Assembly (NCBI RefSeq): GCF_009914755.1
Contig: NC_060936.1
Direction: 5' to 3' (one strand)
DNA from: the human T2T-CHM13v2.0 reference genome, Homo sapiens
Length of the DNA stretch: 64,000 nucleotides
A program made the position numbers and the translations under genes. The notes below the pieces were generated by a model that saw nothing but the letters and a program-made list of their open reading frames with translations, had not been told where the DNA came from and ran no database searches. Each line of letters starts with the position of its first letter. Within the stretch, counting starts at the first letter, position 1. Shown here one piece after another: positions 1 to 14,629 of this stretch.

Positions 1-372
1 TGTTATCTTAAACATTTCATTTTTTTGTGTTAGACATATTCAATATTTTCTTTCTAGCTGTTTATGACCATAAAACTCATCCTACCATGTGATTAAACAC
101 TATAACTTATTTCTCCTATCTAGCTGTAATTTTGTATCCTTTAACAAGTATCTCCCTATGCTGCCCTTCCCCTGACTCTTCTCAGCTTCTAGTAACCTCT
201 GTCTACTTTCTACTTCTATGAGATTAATATTTTTTAGCTTTCACATATGCGTGAAAAGATAAGGTGATTAACTTTCTGTTCATGGCTTAGTTCACATAAC
301 ATAACGTTCTCCAGTTCCAAGTTCCATCTGTGTTGTTACAAATGACAGGATTTTATTCTTCCTTTTGGTTGA

Positions 373-384
373 ATAGTATTACCT

Positions 385-421
<37 letters not shown>

Positions 422-575
422 TATTACATGGTAATATATATATAGTATTACATGGTTATATATATATATAGTATTACATGGTTATATATATATAGTATTA
501 CATGGTAATATATATATACTACCATGTATATATTACGAGATACATATATATGTGTGTGTGTGTGTGTGTGTGTAT
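373..575. repeat. (TA)n, TAGTATTACATGGT(TA)n minisatellite and (TG)n inside the L1 3' region
   Basis: About 5 copies of gtattac(a/c)tggt separated by TA runs (376-510); (TG)n at 550-573. Confidence 0.9.
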
Positions 576-3500
576 ACATCATGTTTTCTTTATCCATTAA
601 TCAGGTTGTTGCACACTTAGGTTGATTCCATATTATTGGCTATTGCAAATAGTGCTGCAATAAACATGCAGGTACAGATGTCGCATCAATATAATAATTT
701 ATTTTCCTTAGGATATATACCCAGTAGTGGAATTGCTGAATCATATGGTAGCTTTATTTGTAGTTTTTGAGGAACCTCTATGCTAGTCACCATAGTGGCT
801 ACCATAGTTAACATTACCTCCAACAATGTATAAGTGCTCCCTATTCCCTATTCTTACCAACATTTGTACTTTTTGTCTTTTTTATAGTAGCCATCCTAAC
901 TTGAGAGAGATAATATTTGATTGCAGTTTTGATTTGCATTTCCCCAGTGATTAGTGACGTTGAGCATTTTTTATATAGTTGTTGGTCATTTGTATATCTT
1001 CTTTTGAGAAAGATCTGTTCAGATCATTTGCCTAATTTTTAATTGAGTTGATTGTTTTTTGTTGTTGTTGAGATGTTTGAGTTCCTTTTATATTCTGGAT
1101 ATTAATTCCCTCTCAGATGAATGTTTGAAAATATTTTTATCCCATTCTGTAGGTTGTCTCTGCCCTCTGTAGGTTGTCTCTGCACTCTGTTGACTGTTAT
1201 CTTTGCTGGGCAGAAGCTTTGGAGTTTGATACAATTATATTTGCCAATCTTTGCTTTTTTGCCTCTGCTTTTGAGGTCTTATTCATAAAATACTTTTTCA
1301 AACCAGTGTCCTAAGGATTTTCTCTGTTTGCATCTAGTTGTTTTATATTTGCATGTCTTACAGTTAGGTCTTTGATTCATTTTCAGTTGATTTTTGTATA
1401 GGGACAGAGATAGAGGTCTAGTTTTATTCTTCTGCATAAGTATATCCAGTTTTTTTATAGCACCATTTATTGAAGACACTGTCTTTTATCCAATGAGTGT
1501 TCTTGGTATCACTGTCAGAAATCAATTGGCTATAGATATTTGGATTAGTTTCTGGATATTTTATTCTGTTCCATTGGCCTATGTGTTTATTTTTATGCCA
1601 TTACCATACTGTTTTGATAATGGCATACAAATAAACTAAATAAATGCTTTTACAAAACGTTAGCCAAAACAATATGTAGTATACTTTGAAGTCTGGTAGT
1701 GTAATGCCTTCAGCTTGGTTCATTTTTCTCAGAATTGCTTTGGCTATTTGAGGACTTTTGTGGTTCCATATTGAGGAATGTCATTGCTATTTTTATAGAA
1801 ACTATTGAACCTACAGATTGCTTTGAATAGTAAGGTCATTTTAATAATATTAATTTCAACCCATGAACATGAAATAATATTCATCTGTTTGTATCCTTTT
1901 CAATTATTTCCATCAGTGTAATGTAGTTCGTCTGGTAGAGATCTTTCAATCCCTTTATTAAATTTATTACTAGGCATTTTTATCCTTGTACCAAGTGTAA
2001 GTAGGAATGCTTTCTTCATTTCTTTTCCAGCTAATTCATTGTTGTTGTTTAGAAATGCTACTGAATTTTGCATGTTGATTTTGTGTCCAAATTTTGTAAC
2101 AAATTTCACTGAATTTGTCATTATTTCTATGAAATTTTTGTAGTCTTTAGACTCTATCTCTCCCATCATCTACAAACAGGGACAATTTGACTTTCTTCTT
2201 TCCTATCTGGATGCCTTTTATTTCTTTCTTTTGGCTAATGCTCTCAGTAGAAATTTCAGTACTTCGTTGAATAAGAGTGGAGAGAGTGGGAATCCTTGCC
2301 TTATTCTAGTTCTTAAATGAGATACTTTCAGCTTTTACCCATTCAGAATGATATTTGCACTAGATTTCCATATATGGCCTTTATTGTATTGAGGTATGTT
2401 CCTAAGTTATTGAGAGCTTTTATTATGAAAGAATGTTGAATTTTATCACATGCTTTTTCTGTCTATTGAGATTATTATATGGGTTTTTCTCCTTCATTTT
2501 TTGATGTGATGTATGATACTTATTGATATGTGTTTGTGTTGAAACATTCTTGAATTCCTGGGATAAAACCCACTTGTTCATGATGCATTATCCTTGTATG
2601 TGCTTTTGGACAAAGTTTGTTAGTATGTAATTGATTTTTGCATCTATGTTCATCAGAAATATTGGCGTGTAATTTTCTTTTTCAGTTGTATCCTTGTTTG
2701 GTTTTGATATCAGGGTTATCCTAGTCAAGTGTATTGAGTTAGGAAGAAGTCCCTCTGCTTCAGTTTTTTGACATAGTTTGAGAATAATTGGTAACAATTA
2801 TTCTTTAAATGTTTGGTAGAATTTAGTAGTGAAGACATCAGTCTCATTACCAGTTACTGGTCTGTTCAGGTTTTTCTATTTCTTCTTGGTTCAATATTGG
2901 TAAGTTTTATCTTTCCAGGAGTTTATCCATTTCCTCTAGGTTTTTTAAATATATTGGCATATAGTTGTTCATTTTAGTAATATATAATGTTCTTCTTTGT
3001 CTCTTTTTACCAATTTTGACTTGAAGTCTGTTTTGTCTGATAGAAGTGTGGATACTCCTGATCATTGTTTGTTCCTGTTTTCATGAAATATATTTATCTA
3101 TTCCTTCACTTTTAGTGTATGTGTGTCTTTATAGATGAGATGAGTTGCTTATAGCCAGTATATAGTTGGGTCTTATTTTAATCTATTTGGACAGTCTATA
3201 AATTTTAAATAGAAAATTTAACCTTTGTATATTCAAGATTATTATTGATAGATGAGGACTTATGACTGTCATTTTATTAATCATTTTTTGGTTGTTTTGA
3301 TCCTTTTTTGCTACTTTATCTTTGGTATTTGTTTTCGAAGTTGGGTGGTTTTCTGTAGTAATAAGCTCAACTTCTTTCTCTTTCTCCCTAGTGCATCAGC
3401 TCTAACAGTGAGTTTTATAGTTTTAAATGTTTTCATGATGGAAGTTATTGTGTTTTCACTTTCTGATGTAGGACTCCCTTGAGCATAACTTGGAAGCCTG

Positions 3501-3902
3501 TTCTAGTGGGAATGAATTCCCTTAGTGCTTTTTTTGCCTGTGAATGGTATTATTTCTGTTTCATTTCTGAAAGATAACTTTGCTGAGTATAATATTCCTG
3601 GCTGACAGTATTTTTTTTTTATTTTTCTTTCAGTACTTTGTATATCATCCCATTTTTCACCTGGCATGTAAGGTTTTTGCTGAGAAATCTGCTGTTAATA
3701 TAATGGGGATTTCTTTATATGTGACTTGATGCTTTCCTCTTGCTGCTTTTAAAATTCTGTTTTTGTCTTTGACTTTTGACAACCTGACTATAATGTGCCT
3801 TGGAAAGGAATTGTTTTGTTGAATCTATTGGGAGTTCTTTGTGCTTCCCGGACAAAGATGCCCATCTCCCTCATAAAACTTGGAAACTACTCAGTTATTA
3901 TT

Positions 3903-4286
<384 letters not shown>

Positions 4287-5129
4287 TAATGGTGTCCCAC
4301 AATTTTCGTAGCTTTCTTCATTTATTTTGTTTTTCCTTTATTTTTTCTTTTTAAATTTTTATCTGCCTGTTTTATTTCAAAAGACCTGTCTTCAAGTCCA
4401 GGTATTCTTTCTTCTGCTTGGTATCATAGGTTGTTGAAGCCTGTTATTATAATTTTCTAGGGTGTTGAAAGAGGTAGATCAACCCCTTTCTGTACCTTAA
4501 AGTCATAACAATGAGAGGAGAAAAGAAATAGAAAATTTAGTACTAGCAATAACTTTAGGGCAGTGAAGAAGGGAAGAAAGCAGATTGTGGGCTTGTCTTA
4601 ACAGAAGATGATGAAGGTAATGAGTATAAATGGGATTTGGTGGTTAACCTTTATTCTGAAAAGCCTCACAAGGCCACTGAAATTGTATCTAGTTCATATT
4701 ATTATTTTGTTGAATCTTGTTCTATAACCTCTAGTGTTGACCTGTCACAAAATAGTATATTTTAAAATTTAAAAAATAATAAAAATGAAAAGATTATGTC
4801 AGCATTTTTATGCTCACTTCTCTGAAATAGAAGTTGAAAATGTGTAAAATGGTCACACTTTATGTAAACAAGCACCAATTCAATCAGCATGAAAAAAACA
4901 AGCTGCTGTGTTTGATGATAAAGAGGAAAGATCTCCACTTGATTTTTTCCTTTTATATAACCTGTTATTAATATGTTTAAAGACACTTTTTTGGTTTTCT
5001 CTAAGCCTAACTCTGTAATTATAAAAGAAGTAAGAATGGAGACAATGAAAAACCAAGTTCATTTTTTTTTCTATTAAAAAGTTTCATCTAACTCAACAGG
5101 CATACCCTCATAACCACCAAAGCTGTAGC

Positions 5130-5360
5130 AGAAATGCTTAAAACTTAGGATCTCAAATCAAATTTCCCAGGCTTGACACCTACTTTTGACACTTCTCTGA
5201 TGTATAATATGTAACAGGTTACTTAATCATTCTGTTCAAATTTTCTTCTCTGAAAACTTAGATAATAATATCTGCCTCGAGAGGTTAAGCAAATGACTAG
5301 AAAGGAAGTGAATAGGACAGTCTCATGCACATAACAATGAATAAAAGTTAGCTATTCTAA
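5130..5360 (+). mobile_element. MIR fragment
   Basis: Degenerate MIR core (gttacttaatcattctg...gataataata...catgcacataa). Confidence 0.5.
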
Positions 5361-6369
5361 TTTGCTATCCTCACAGTTTTATTATACATGTCTGCTACCT
5401 CTGGTATGTTGAAAAGTGTAATGACTGTTGTGTCTTGGTTTTTTTTTTTCAAATTGGACTAACACAATGCTGAATTGAATAATATCATCTATCACATTCT
5501 TCAATTTGTAACTTTTATCTGCATTGGCCATTTTATACATTTTATCTTTGTGTGTTTTTGGCCCATTCATCCTTACTTCATAATTTCATTACTCTTGAGA
5601 AGACCTACTTTTTATTCTATAATACTTTAATATATGTATTTAAATCCATTCAATTAGCTCTCATTGATCATTAAAAGTGTAAAAATTTAAAATTCATTGT
5701 AGAAATATTTTAACATTCAGTAGGTTGCATGTCTTATTGTGATTCTTGATAAGTCCTATATATTCACTGTACAATTAATTTAACTGGAGAATTTCTTTGC
5801 TTTCCCAAAGATTATTTTTGACTACTATTTAATTCTCTCTTTTCTCTCCATCTTGGTTTTACTCTTTCTTTTTAAATTAGGGTTGTCTCTTAAATTTCTG
5901 TTAAAAATATATTCCTTTCTTTCAGTATCTTTATATAATTAATTTCTTCCCTTGACTTGATTCTTTTCTTAATCCTTTCTTCTTTTGGATTGTTCTGTTA
6001 TTGATTTACTAGCTTCTTGGCTTCAAAGTTTAGCTCATACAGATCTTGTTTTCTGACAAAACATGTAAAACTATACATTCTTAACAAAACACCACTTTAG
6101 GTACATTTGATATATTCTTATAGAGGTTTTTTATTGCCATTTGACTCTAAGAATTTTATAATTTCTCTTTTAATTCTTTTTCAAGAACCAGAATCAAAGA
6201 ATCCTCCCCTAAACTCCTGAGGCATCAACTACATAGCATCTTTTCTTTAGAAAACTGGATCCCATCTCCAAGGAACCCCTATCTACTCTAGTTTTCAATA
6301 GTTACAACTTCTTTCCTTATTTTTCTCCAGTCTTTGGGGCGCTAGTTGCTTTCTGTAATTTCTGTCTCG

Positions 6370-9300
6370 TATTCATAGAGCTGATATTACTTAATCACAT
6401 ACGTAAACTTCAATTGTGTGGGTTGCAGAATTACAATATAAGTTGAATTCCAAACCTTGTCAATTCTCTCATGTGAAACTCAGGGGTAATTAATTGGGAG
6501 GAATTATGACCTTGAGACATAGAATGATAACATTTGTGTGGACTAAAATGAAGCTGAGAATGTTGAAAACTTTAGTTGCACTGAGCCTTCTTTGTAAGCA
6601 GAAGCAACTTGTTCTCTCTCAAGTCTGAGGAGGCAAATGTCCCTTGCTTAAAAACTCCATAATATCCTCATCTGGTGACAAAGGTCTTGTGAGGTCATGC
6701 TTACTATCCTCAAAAACAGCAAACAAACCCCAACACACTGTTGTTGCCTCCAAGTATATAACTATGGTTATATCTTAACATACTCCAGGATAGAAGTAAA
6801 ATATACATGGGAGGAAACAGCTTTCACTTCACAAAAACTGTAAAGTTTTGCTAATTTATAATTTTATTTATTATTTTAGCAGAAACCTAAGAAATATGCA
6901 TGCAAATGGATTCTAAGTTTCTCAATATAAAGATAACAGAGTACCTCAGAGTACCAGGACAAATTTATACACAAAAGTGAGTTTACCTTTCATGCTGGAT
7001 TTAGTGTGTTTAACTTAGCTTAAAGTAGCTTTCATATATTACTCTTTGATTGACAAAAATTTGGACTAAATGGTGGTCAGTGTGTTCAATGATTTGCAAT
7101 GACAAAATTGTTCTTGTCTAAAGCAAAATAAAGAATCCAAAGTATTAGGGACATATGAATGTTAGATCAGCTTTATAATGTGTTACCAGTACCCATTCCT
7201 CAAAGGTATTTTAAAAAGAAACTTTATTCAGCAAGATATTGAGAGATACATTGTAGAGGGCAGTGCTAGTTTCCCCAAAAATATCTGTGATAGATGTCTT
7301 CCATACGTGATGTAATTGAGACAGGTTCTCTGGTTTCAAAGGAAATCATGGGATCCTGGTGTAGCAGATGCCAAGAGGCATGATGCAAATACTAGAGACA
7401 CGGTAGGCCCATTTACTAAAGAGGATGATAGAGATAATGTGTAATCAGAATGTTCTGATCTTCAGGGATAACTGGCAATGGCTTGCTGAGTAATGTGTAC
7501 CTAGGATAAAACTGTTTAACAGCCTATTGCAATGTTACTTGATCTAGATACTAGGAATATCTCCAGACCTGGTGACCAGAAAACTGACTAAAATTAGAAA
7601 AATGAAGTTATATATTTTCACCATTGAGTTCAAATTTTAGTCAAATGTTAGGTTTCCAGACCTCAGCCAATTTACAAACTTGGTACACCGGCATTGAACT
7701 GAATTCCTTAGGACTTAAAAGACCACTTTGTTCCACTAGCTAAAGGAGACGATTATGCTTGTCAAGTGACAAATATAATTTTTGTCTCAAGTTCATATTG
7801 CAGAGCCCAGGTATTTCTGTGGACTTGTTCAGCATTGATAAAACCCATAAAAATTGCTCTCTGATATGTGGCTACAGGGTGTTTTTGTTAGGAAGGGCAA
7901 ATGGAAGCTCTTTCTCTAGGAGTATAGTAAACCTGAAACAGTAAAACATTAACACACCCTTGGCAGTGGTGGGGGAGAGATGAGTGCCTCTATCAAAGAC
8001 TTTGAAGATACAGTCATTGTGGACATCACCTCCCTATTACAGTCCCTGTTTGGTCTTTGGAGCAGGCTGAGGGATCTTCGTAATTGACTGTGGATTATAT
8101 TAAATATAATCAGGAGGTTAGTTAACCTCATTAAGTTTAGCATCTTTCCTGAAACATTCGAGACAGTTCCTGACACCTGGCAAGCAACTATTGACTTGAC
8201 AACTCTATCTTCTTTATACCAATTTTCAAGGATAATGAGAAGTTCTTTGTTTTTGCCTAGTAGGGATAAAACAACACATTCAAAACTTTGTCTTAGGGAT
8301 ATAGCAACTATCTTTCTTTCTTCCCTAATATATTCCTCAAATACCTTATTGTTTTCATATAACAGAACTCACACTGAGCCCTAAATAAATGACATTAAAT
8401 TAATTTTGAATCTGATGACAAGGAAATAACAAGTACTTAAGTTAGCTTTATAAGACTCAGGTAAGCTAAGAGTTTGGATAAAATGCCCAGAGAATCTCGG
8501 GAGCCTGCTATATTGAAGGGGAGAGAGGTATACATCAATGATGTAAGCATGTCTGTACATTCTCTCCAAGGTAAAGAAGCTACTTTAAAGTTGGGAGAGG
8601 ATTAGGACAAATACCTAATGTATACTGGGCTTAAAACCTAGATGGTGGGTTGATAAGTGCAGCAAACCACCATGGCACATGTATACCTATGTAACAAACT
8701 TGCACATTCAGCACATGTATCCCAGGACTTAAAGTAAAATAAAAAAAGAAGTTACTTTACTGTTTACTGTCCACCACTAAAAGAGAGACATGAAACTCCT
8801 AGGATATTTGGTATTGTAATGACAGCATATACTACATATGAGTGCACTATGCTAACTCACTAACTGAGAAAACCATAAAGCTGCTGGTTTTGTGTAGGTA
8901 CCAGATGCAGATCAAGGGAATCTCTGCAGGTATCTCAGACTACAGTCTGATTCTACTGCTTGGGCTTTTACAAGCCGGAGGATTTGATGTTAAAATTCTC
9001 TATGATAGTGCCACACCAAGTATTATTCATAACCTCTCACAGTCTCAATAGTAAGATAGGAACATGCAACATTAGGCAAATAACCATATCACTAAGAGCA
9101 TTGTTTAATATATATGTTTCTCAATTAAGCAGCAAATTGGTTTATAGTTTAGTACAAACAGCAGTTTGAGTTGTGCTCATTGATAAAGATGTTTATGAAG
9201 CCTCTGGAGAGCCTCCATAGAGGAATCACAGTTCAGACATCTAAGATTCTAGTATGAATCCATTCATTCCTCTGGAGATAATTATTTCACTTTTGGAAAA

Positions 9301-11260
9301 CAGCTTCTGGCTACTTAGAGACCGTGGTAGAGACAGAATGTCATGGGGCCTCCAATGACCATACCACGTGTGTTGCCCCTCATGAATTGGGTATCCCTTT
9401 CCCTTCAAACCATAATGTTAGGCATGTGTAGCATCTATATTTTTTCAAGTGTACACAGTGGTTAAGAGACTGGGCTGAAGCCGGTCTGAACACAAATAAG
9501 TTACATGAGTAACTAGATTATGTTCCTTTTTCATCTGCTATTATTACATTTCATTCTCTCCCTCAATTCATACTTACAGTCTGATAGAAAGATCATTATG
9601 ACTGCTAGTTTTCAGATGGATCCACATGATACCAACTGGAAGTGTACTTCTGCAGCAGTACAATTCCATTAAGAAGTATTTTTGAAAGAAAGAGATGAAA
9701 GAACTCTTTCTACTAAACATATCTTCAAACAGTGCATTTTATTGCCCAATTTGTTATTTGAGAGATGACTAGAAATGTGAATATACATTGATTTATGAAC
9801 AACAGCTAATGGGTTTCCTACATGGCTAGAGGTTTGAAACCAGCAGGGTTGGAAATTTAGTGTCAAAATGGTCATGGGAAGAGATATGTGGAAGAACCTC
9901 TCAGAATAGAAACAAAAGGGATAGATATTTACATTTTGGATCCAGAGTGCCCACCAAAAGCCATCCATTGCAGACTAGACTTTCACTGATTAGATAGACA
10001 ATATGATACATTCTGTGTATATCAGTTAATCATCTTACTCCTGGACATCTTAGTGCTTGCTCTGTAGTCTTATATACAAAATGTTAATAATGACACAGAT
10101 GGAGGTTATGCATGGGCTCAAGAACATAGGTTTCCTTTTAAAAAGGCTCCATAGTCTCATTCTGAGCTCCTGATATGGCTTCATTCTCTGAAGGAACTAG
10201 GCTTCCACTCACTGGCACACTGATTACATTGGAATCCTTCCACAATGGAAGAAGCAATAATTTGTTCTCATTGGAATAAATAGTTTTTGAGTATGGATTT
10301 AATTTTACAGCTCATATTTCTCCTTCTAGTACTACCATCTGTAGAGTTAGAATGCCTTATTTACCATTATGGTATTCTCTGTAACATTGTTTCTGGTCAA
10401 ATAATTCATTTCATAGCAAAATAAAATATACAATGGACTCATTCCATGAAATTCACTGATACAATATTTCTTACAGAGCAGCTCATCTTGAAGAATTTTA
10501 GAATCATACTCTGAATAATCAACTATGATATCATGTAGGAGACAACATTCAGATTGGATGGAATCCTATCCTTCAAGAAAGGGCATCATACTTTTATTTG
10601 AATCAGTGTTCAACATATAGGGATATTTCTTCCATAGTGAGACTATCAACTCTGGAAACCAAGGCATGCTAGTGGGAATACTTTTGTTATTCTAAAGCTA
10701 ATAATCCACTCAAACGATTCTTCCTTAAGATTCAAAAAATTTTAAGCTATGTGGGTTTGAAGATTTTAGTTTTCAAAGGAAATATGATTTTGCCTATGGA
10801 TATACAATGATTACATTTAATTGGAAGTTTAAACTGCCTCCTGGACATGGTAGATGCCCCATGACATTGAACAAACACATAGGGAGGTTAGGCTACTGGC
10901 TGGGATAACTGCTTCTAACTATCAAAAGAATACTGGGCTTGCTGCTACAAAGTGGAAAAGAGATAAACAAGGTTTGAAATTCATGTGTTTTTTTTTTGGC
11001 ATCTCTTATTACTTCTATATCAAGTATTGAAAGTGGGATAAAAACTTAAGATGACTCAGTATTCAACACAGTAAAAATGAAGACATAAATCACTCCATTA
11101 AGACCCAGAACAGGTGAAGTTTGGACTGAGGTCATGAATAATAGAAGAAGAAAAAGATAAATATAAACTATGACTTTGTGACATGTTACAGAAATGAGAA
11201 TTTCAACTGCTATAAATTTTTTTTGCTTGTTATATATTTAATGGTATGTATTTACTTTCT
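6370..11260 (+). mobile_element. Ancient degenerate ERV-L (class III) internal region: gag, pro, RT, RNase H, IN, dUTPase remnants; no LTR recognised
   Basis: Colinear similarity by eye to the HERV-L at 23.5-29.4 kb: 7656 ccagacctcagccaatttaca vs 25616; RT gactgtggattatattaaa (~8086) vs gacggtggattattgtaag (~26280); IN gattacattgga (~10222); dUTPase aattggaagtttaaactgcctcctggac (~10819). All frames are broken. Confidence 0.85.
8588..8744 (+). mobile_element. Heavily 5'-truncated L1PA 3' end inserted in the old ERV-L pol
   Basis: L1PA 3'UTR text (gcagcaaaccaccatggcacatgtatacctatgtaacaaac) plus A tail; TSD aaagaag(c/t)tacttta at 8573-8587 and 8745-8759. Confidence 0.93.
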
Positions 11261-11468
11261 CTCCTTTCTTCTCCTCCTCCAAATAAGTATATTTATCTTT
11301 ACATTATGGATTATTACTAAATTTTCAGGAAAATTATTTTAAAAACTCACGTTCCATTATGTTTATTTTTGATAGACAATGGTATCCCTACCACAATAGA
11401 ATAAGATAACTAAAGGTAGAAGTAGGTGGTAAAATTTGGATGCTGAGATACTGAGTTTAAATACTAGC

Positions 11469-11599
11469 TTTTTTTTTTTTTGTAAAGATGGGATCTCACT
11501 GTGTGACCCAGGCTAGTCTCAGACTCATGGGCTCAAAAGATCCCCCACCTTGGCCTCCCAAAATGTTATGATTACAGGCAGGAGCAACTGCATCTAGCC
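11469..11599 (-). mobile_element. Free left Alu monomer (FLAM-like)
   Basis: Poly-T followed by a single antisense left monomer. Confidence 0.85.
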
Positions 11600-11667
11600 A
11601 GATGAGAATATTAAGGTTACTTAACTTCCCTAAAGATACATATTTTTTTCCTTTGTGTTTCACTTAG

Positions 11668-11986
<319 letters not shown>

Positions 11987-13945
11987 TTAGTTTGTAAAGT
12001 TTCTATTAACCTATCTTCAAGCGTTCTGATTCCTTCTCAACTGTGTTAAGTTTACTGATGAACCTGTCAAAAGCATTTTTCTTTGCCGTTGCTGTTTTTG
12101 GTTTACAAAATTTTCCTTAGTTATCTTAGCTTCCAACTTTCTGCTTATATTATCTTAATAATATTGCATTCTGTCTACTTTTTTATTAGAGATTAGAATA
12201 TAAACCATAATTATTTTTAATTCCATGTCTGATAATTACAACTTATGTGTCATATGTAAATCTGGTTCTGATGATTGCTTTGTCTCCTCAGACTGTGTTT
12301 TTTCTTGCCTTTTTACATCTTTTACAATTTTTTGGGGGGTGAAAGTTGTATTGGTAGTAGGAACTGGGTAATAGATCTATAGTGTGAGGGTTTATGTTAA
12401 TCTGGTTAGGAGTTGGGGATGCATCTAACGTTTATTATAGTTATATGTAACAAATATTTCAAGTTCCTCTAGTGTCCTTATTTTTGTCTCCCTTCTTGGT
12501 TTTGGGCTTTGCTTTGTACTGCTTCTCTGAGAGCGTCTGTGTCTTACAGCCATTTCCTCTGTAATCTACTGCTATTATGCAGTGTTGTTACCCACCACAG
12601 GTTCCTGAGTTCCTGAGTTCTCAATGCAATAGAAATTGACATGAGGCCAAAACAGTTTTCATTGGAGTTTATGCCCAGGCATAAGGGAGGAAGCACATGA
12701 AAGAGGATAATCCCTTGACTGACTTTCCAAAAAGAGCTTGTAGAGCTTTTTTATTAGGCAAAGTCTGGGAATTGACATCAAGAGTATGGTATGCAAACTG
12801 GGCTGGGCAGCCTGGCTGGGCTATGAGGGGTAGGGTATGCAGAGCTGCATTATCTGGTTTCAATGCTTATCTTGAGTAATGGGCCGTCTGGTGGTCTGAC
12901 GGGGGCAACAAGGCTGTAAATGAATTGTGTAGTATTCCTTCTTGAGGTGGGGGACTCCACAACCCTGGTTATCTCCTAAATTCCAGTTCCTGTAATTCTT
13001 TAAGTAAAAGGATTATTAGCAGTGGGGTAGTGGAGTGGGTTTTGTGATCAGTGGAAATTTACGAAAAAATGCTGTTGTGGGGGACGTGAGTACATCTCTA
13101 CTCTGTCTCAGCATGATGCTAAAGTATGGGAAGGAGTGTTCTATAATCTTCTGATTACATCAAGTCTCTTATAGGCCTGCGTCTCAAGAGTGTGGCTTTT
13201 GCGAGTATTTCTGTTTTTTGTTTTCTAAAGGGATCTCTCTCTCTCTCTCTCTCTTTTTTCCTTCACATTCTCTCCGTCCTTAGTTGCAGTATTCCCAGTC
13301 TAGTTATTTAAATCCATCTTTCATGTTGACTATGGATTTTTATTTTCCCCCTTGGGTGAGACAGGAAGACCGTGGCAGGCTAGAGTGAGACAATGTTCCC
13401 TTACTCTAGCTGGGATAAGGTTTCAGTACTGCCCACTAGTGACATCTTTTTCCCTAGAGACTAGGCTTTTGTTAGGGAGAAGGATCTATGAGGGTTTCAT
13501 AGTGATTACTCTTTTCCTCCCACTGTTACAGCCACAAGGAGTATCCTTTTTGAATTATGGACATGAAAACCTTGTGAAGTTCCTGGAGGAAAGTTAATAA
13601 GAATGTGGGTCCCCACTATGATTATTGCCAGAGTATATGCTTAATCCCATGCTAGTCCCCACTCACCCTCTAAGAACTAGTCAATATTACTAATTAAGTA
13701 ATCTTACTCTTCCTACCATCTTATGGTATTCAGCAGCTTCTACTTTAAGTAAGCAAATCATGGACCTTTCATCTCTCTGGATGTGTCTGTCTCTCCAGAT
13801 TTTATGGTAGCCATTTGCTTTGTGACCTCAGTTCTCTGATGGGTTCAAAAAAAGTTATTGACATTTTATTTGTCCAGCTTTTTTTGTTTTGAAGACAGGA
13901 GTAATGACTTCCAAATTCTTAATATGTTAGATCTGAAACCAGTAC
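11987..13945 (-). mobile_element. Old L1M 5' region (ORF1 start/5'UTR), split by an ERV1-type LTR
   Basis: Antisense L1M-like text ending in gacttccaaattcttaatatgttagatctgaaacc, resembling old L1M 5' termini. Confidence 0.6.
12586..13110 (-). mobile_element. Solo ERV1-class LTR (MER4 group, MER31/MER67-like)
   Basis: About 525 bp with TG...CA termini (minus strand TGAGACAGAGTAG...GGTGGGTAACA) and minus-strand AATAAA at ~12749; 4-bp flanks gtgt/gcat. Confidence 0.7.
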
Positions 13946-14629
13946 TATTATCTTTTTAAAAAAGAACTAAAAATACACATTGCAAAAGATTTAGTATTAA
14001 TTGTGAGAATGAGTATTAATTGGTTTTATAAGCTATTAAATATTATGAAAATGTTAGATACTCTTATCAGATTTAACTTAAAATGTTTTTACAATTAGAA
14101 ACCTTTCTTTCCTCTTCATAATCAAAGTGAGTGGATTAAGTAATATTTTTGGTTCTTTCTAACATGAGAAATGACTGTTTTTCTTAACCTTTTTAGTCAA
14201 TATCTTGCTTTTAAATATCCATCAGAAACTGTGACCGTTCTTGGTTCACTTTTTCATGCTTGTGTTGAAACTACTGGAAACAACACTTTGGAATTGTAAA
14301 AATCAATAAGCCTTTTGATCTAACTCCTTCTAATGTCACTTTCCCATCTGGAGTTTTAGGTACCTTTATGATTCTTCTGACTAAAAATATTTCTTTTATA
14401 TGTATACTTTTTGTTTTTTTGCTTCTATTACTTGAGGGAACAATTGATCCTCATCAACTTGCCAACATTTCCTTTTATTTGGTTGGCAGGATGCCTGCTC
14501 TTGTTCTAGAACTCTCAAAATATTTCTCAACTTTATAGAAATAGAATAGATTTATGCTACTTGCAGTAAGCTCGAACATAGAATTGTGAATTGTGGTCAT
14601 AAAACTAGTGAGAAAGATAAAGTAGTGCT

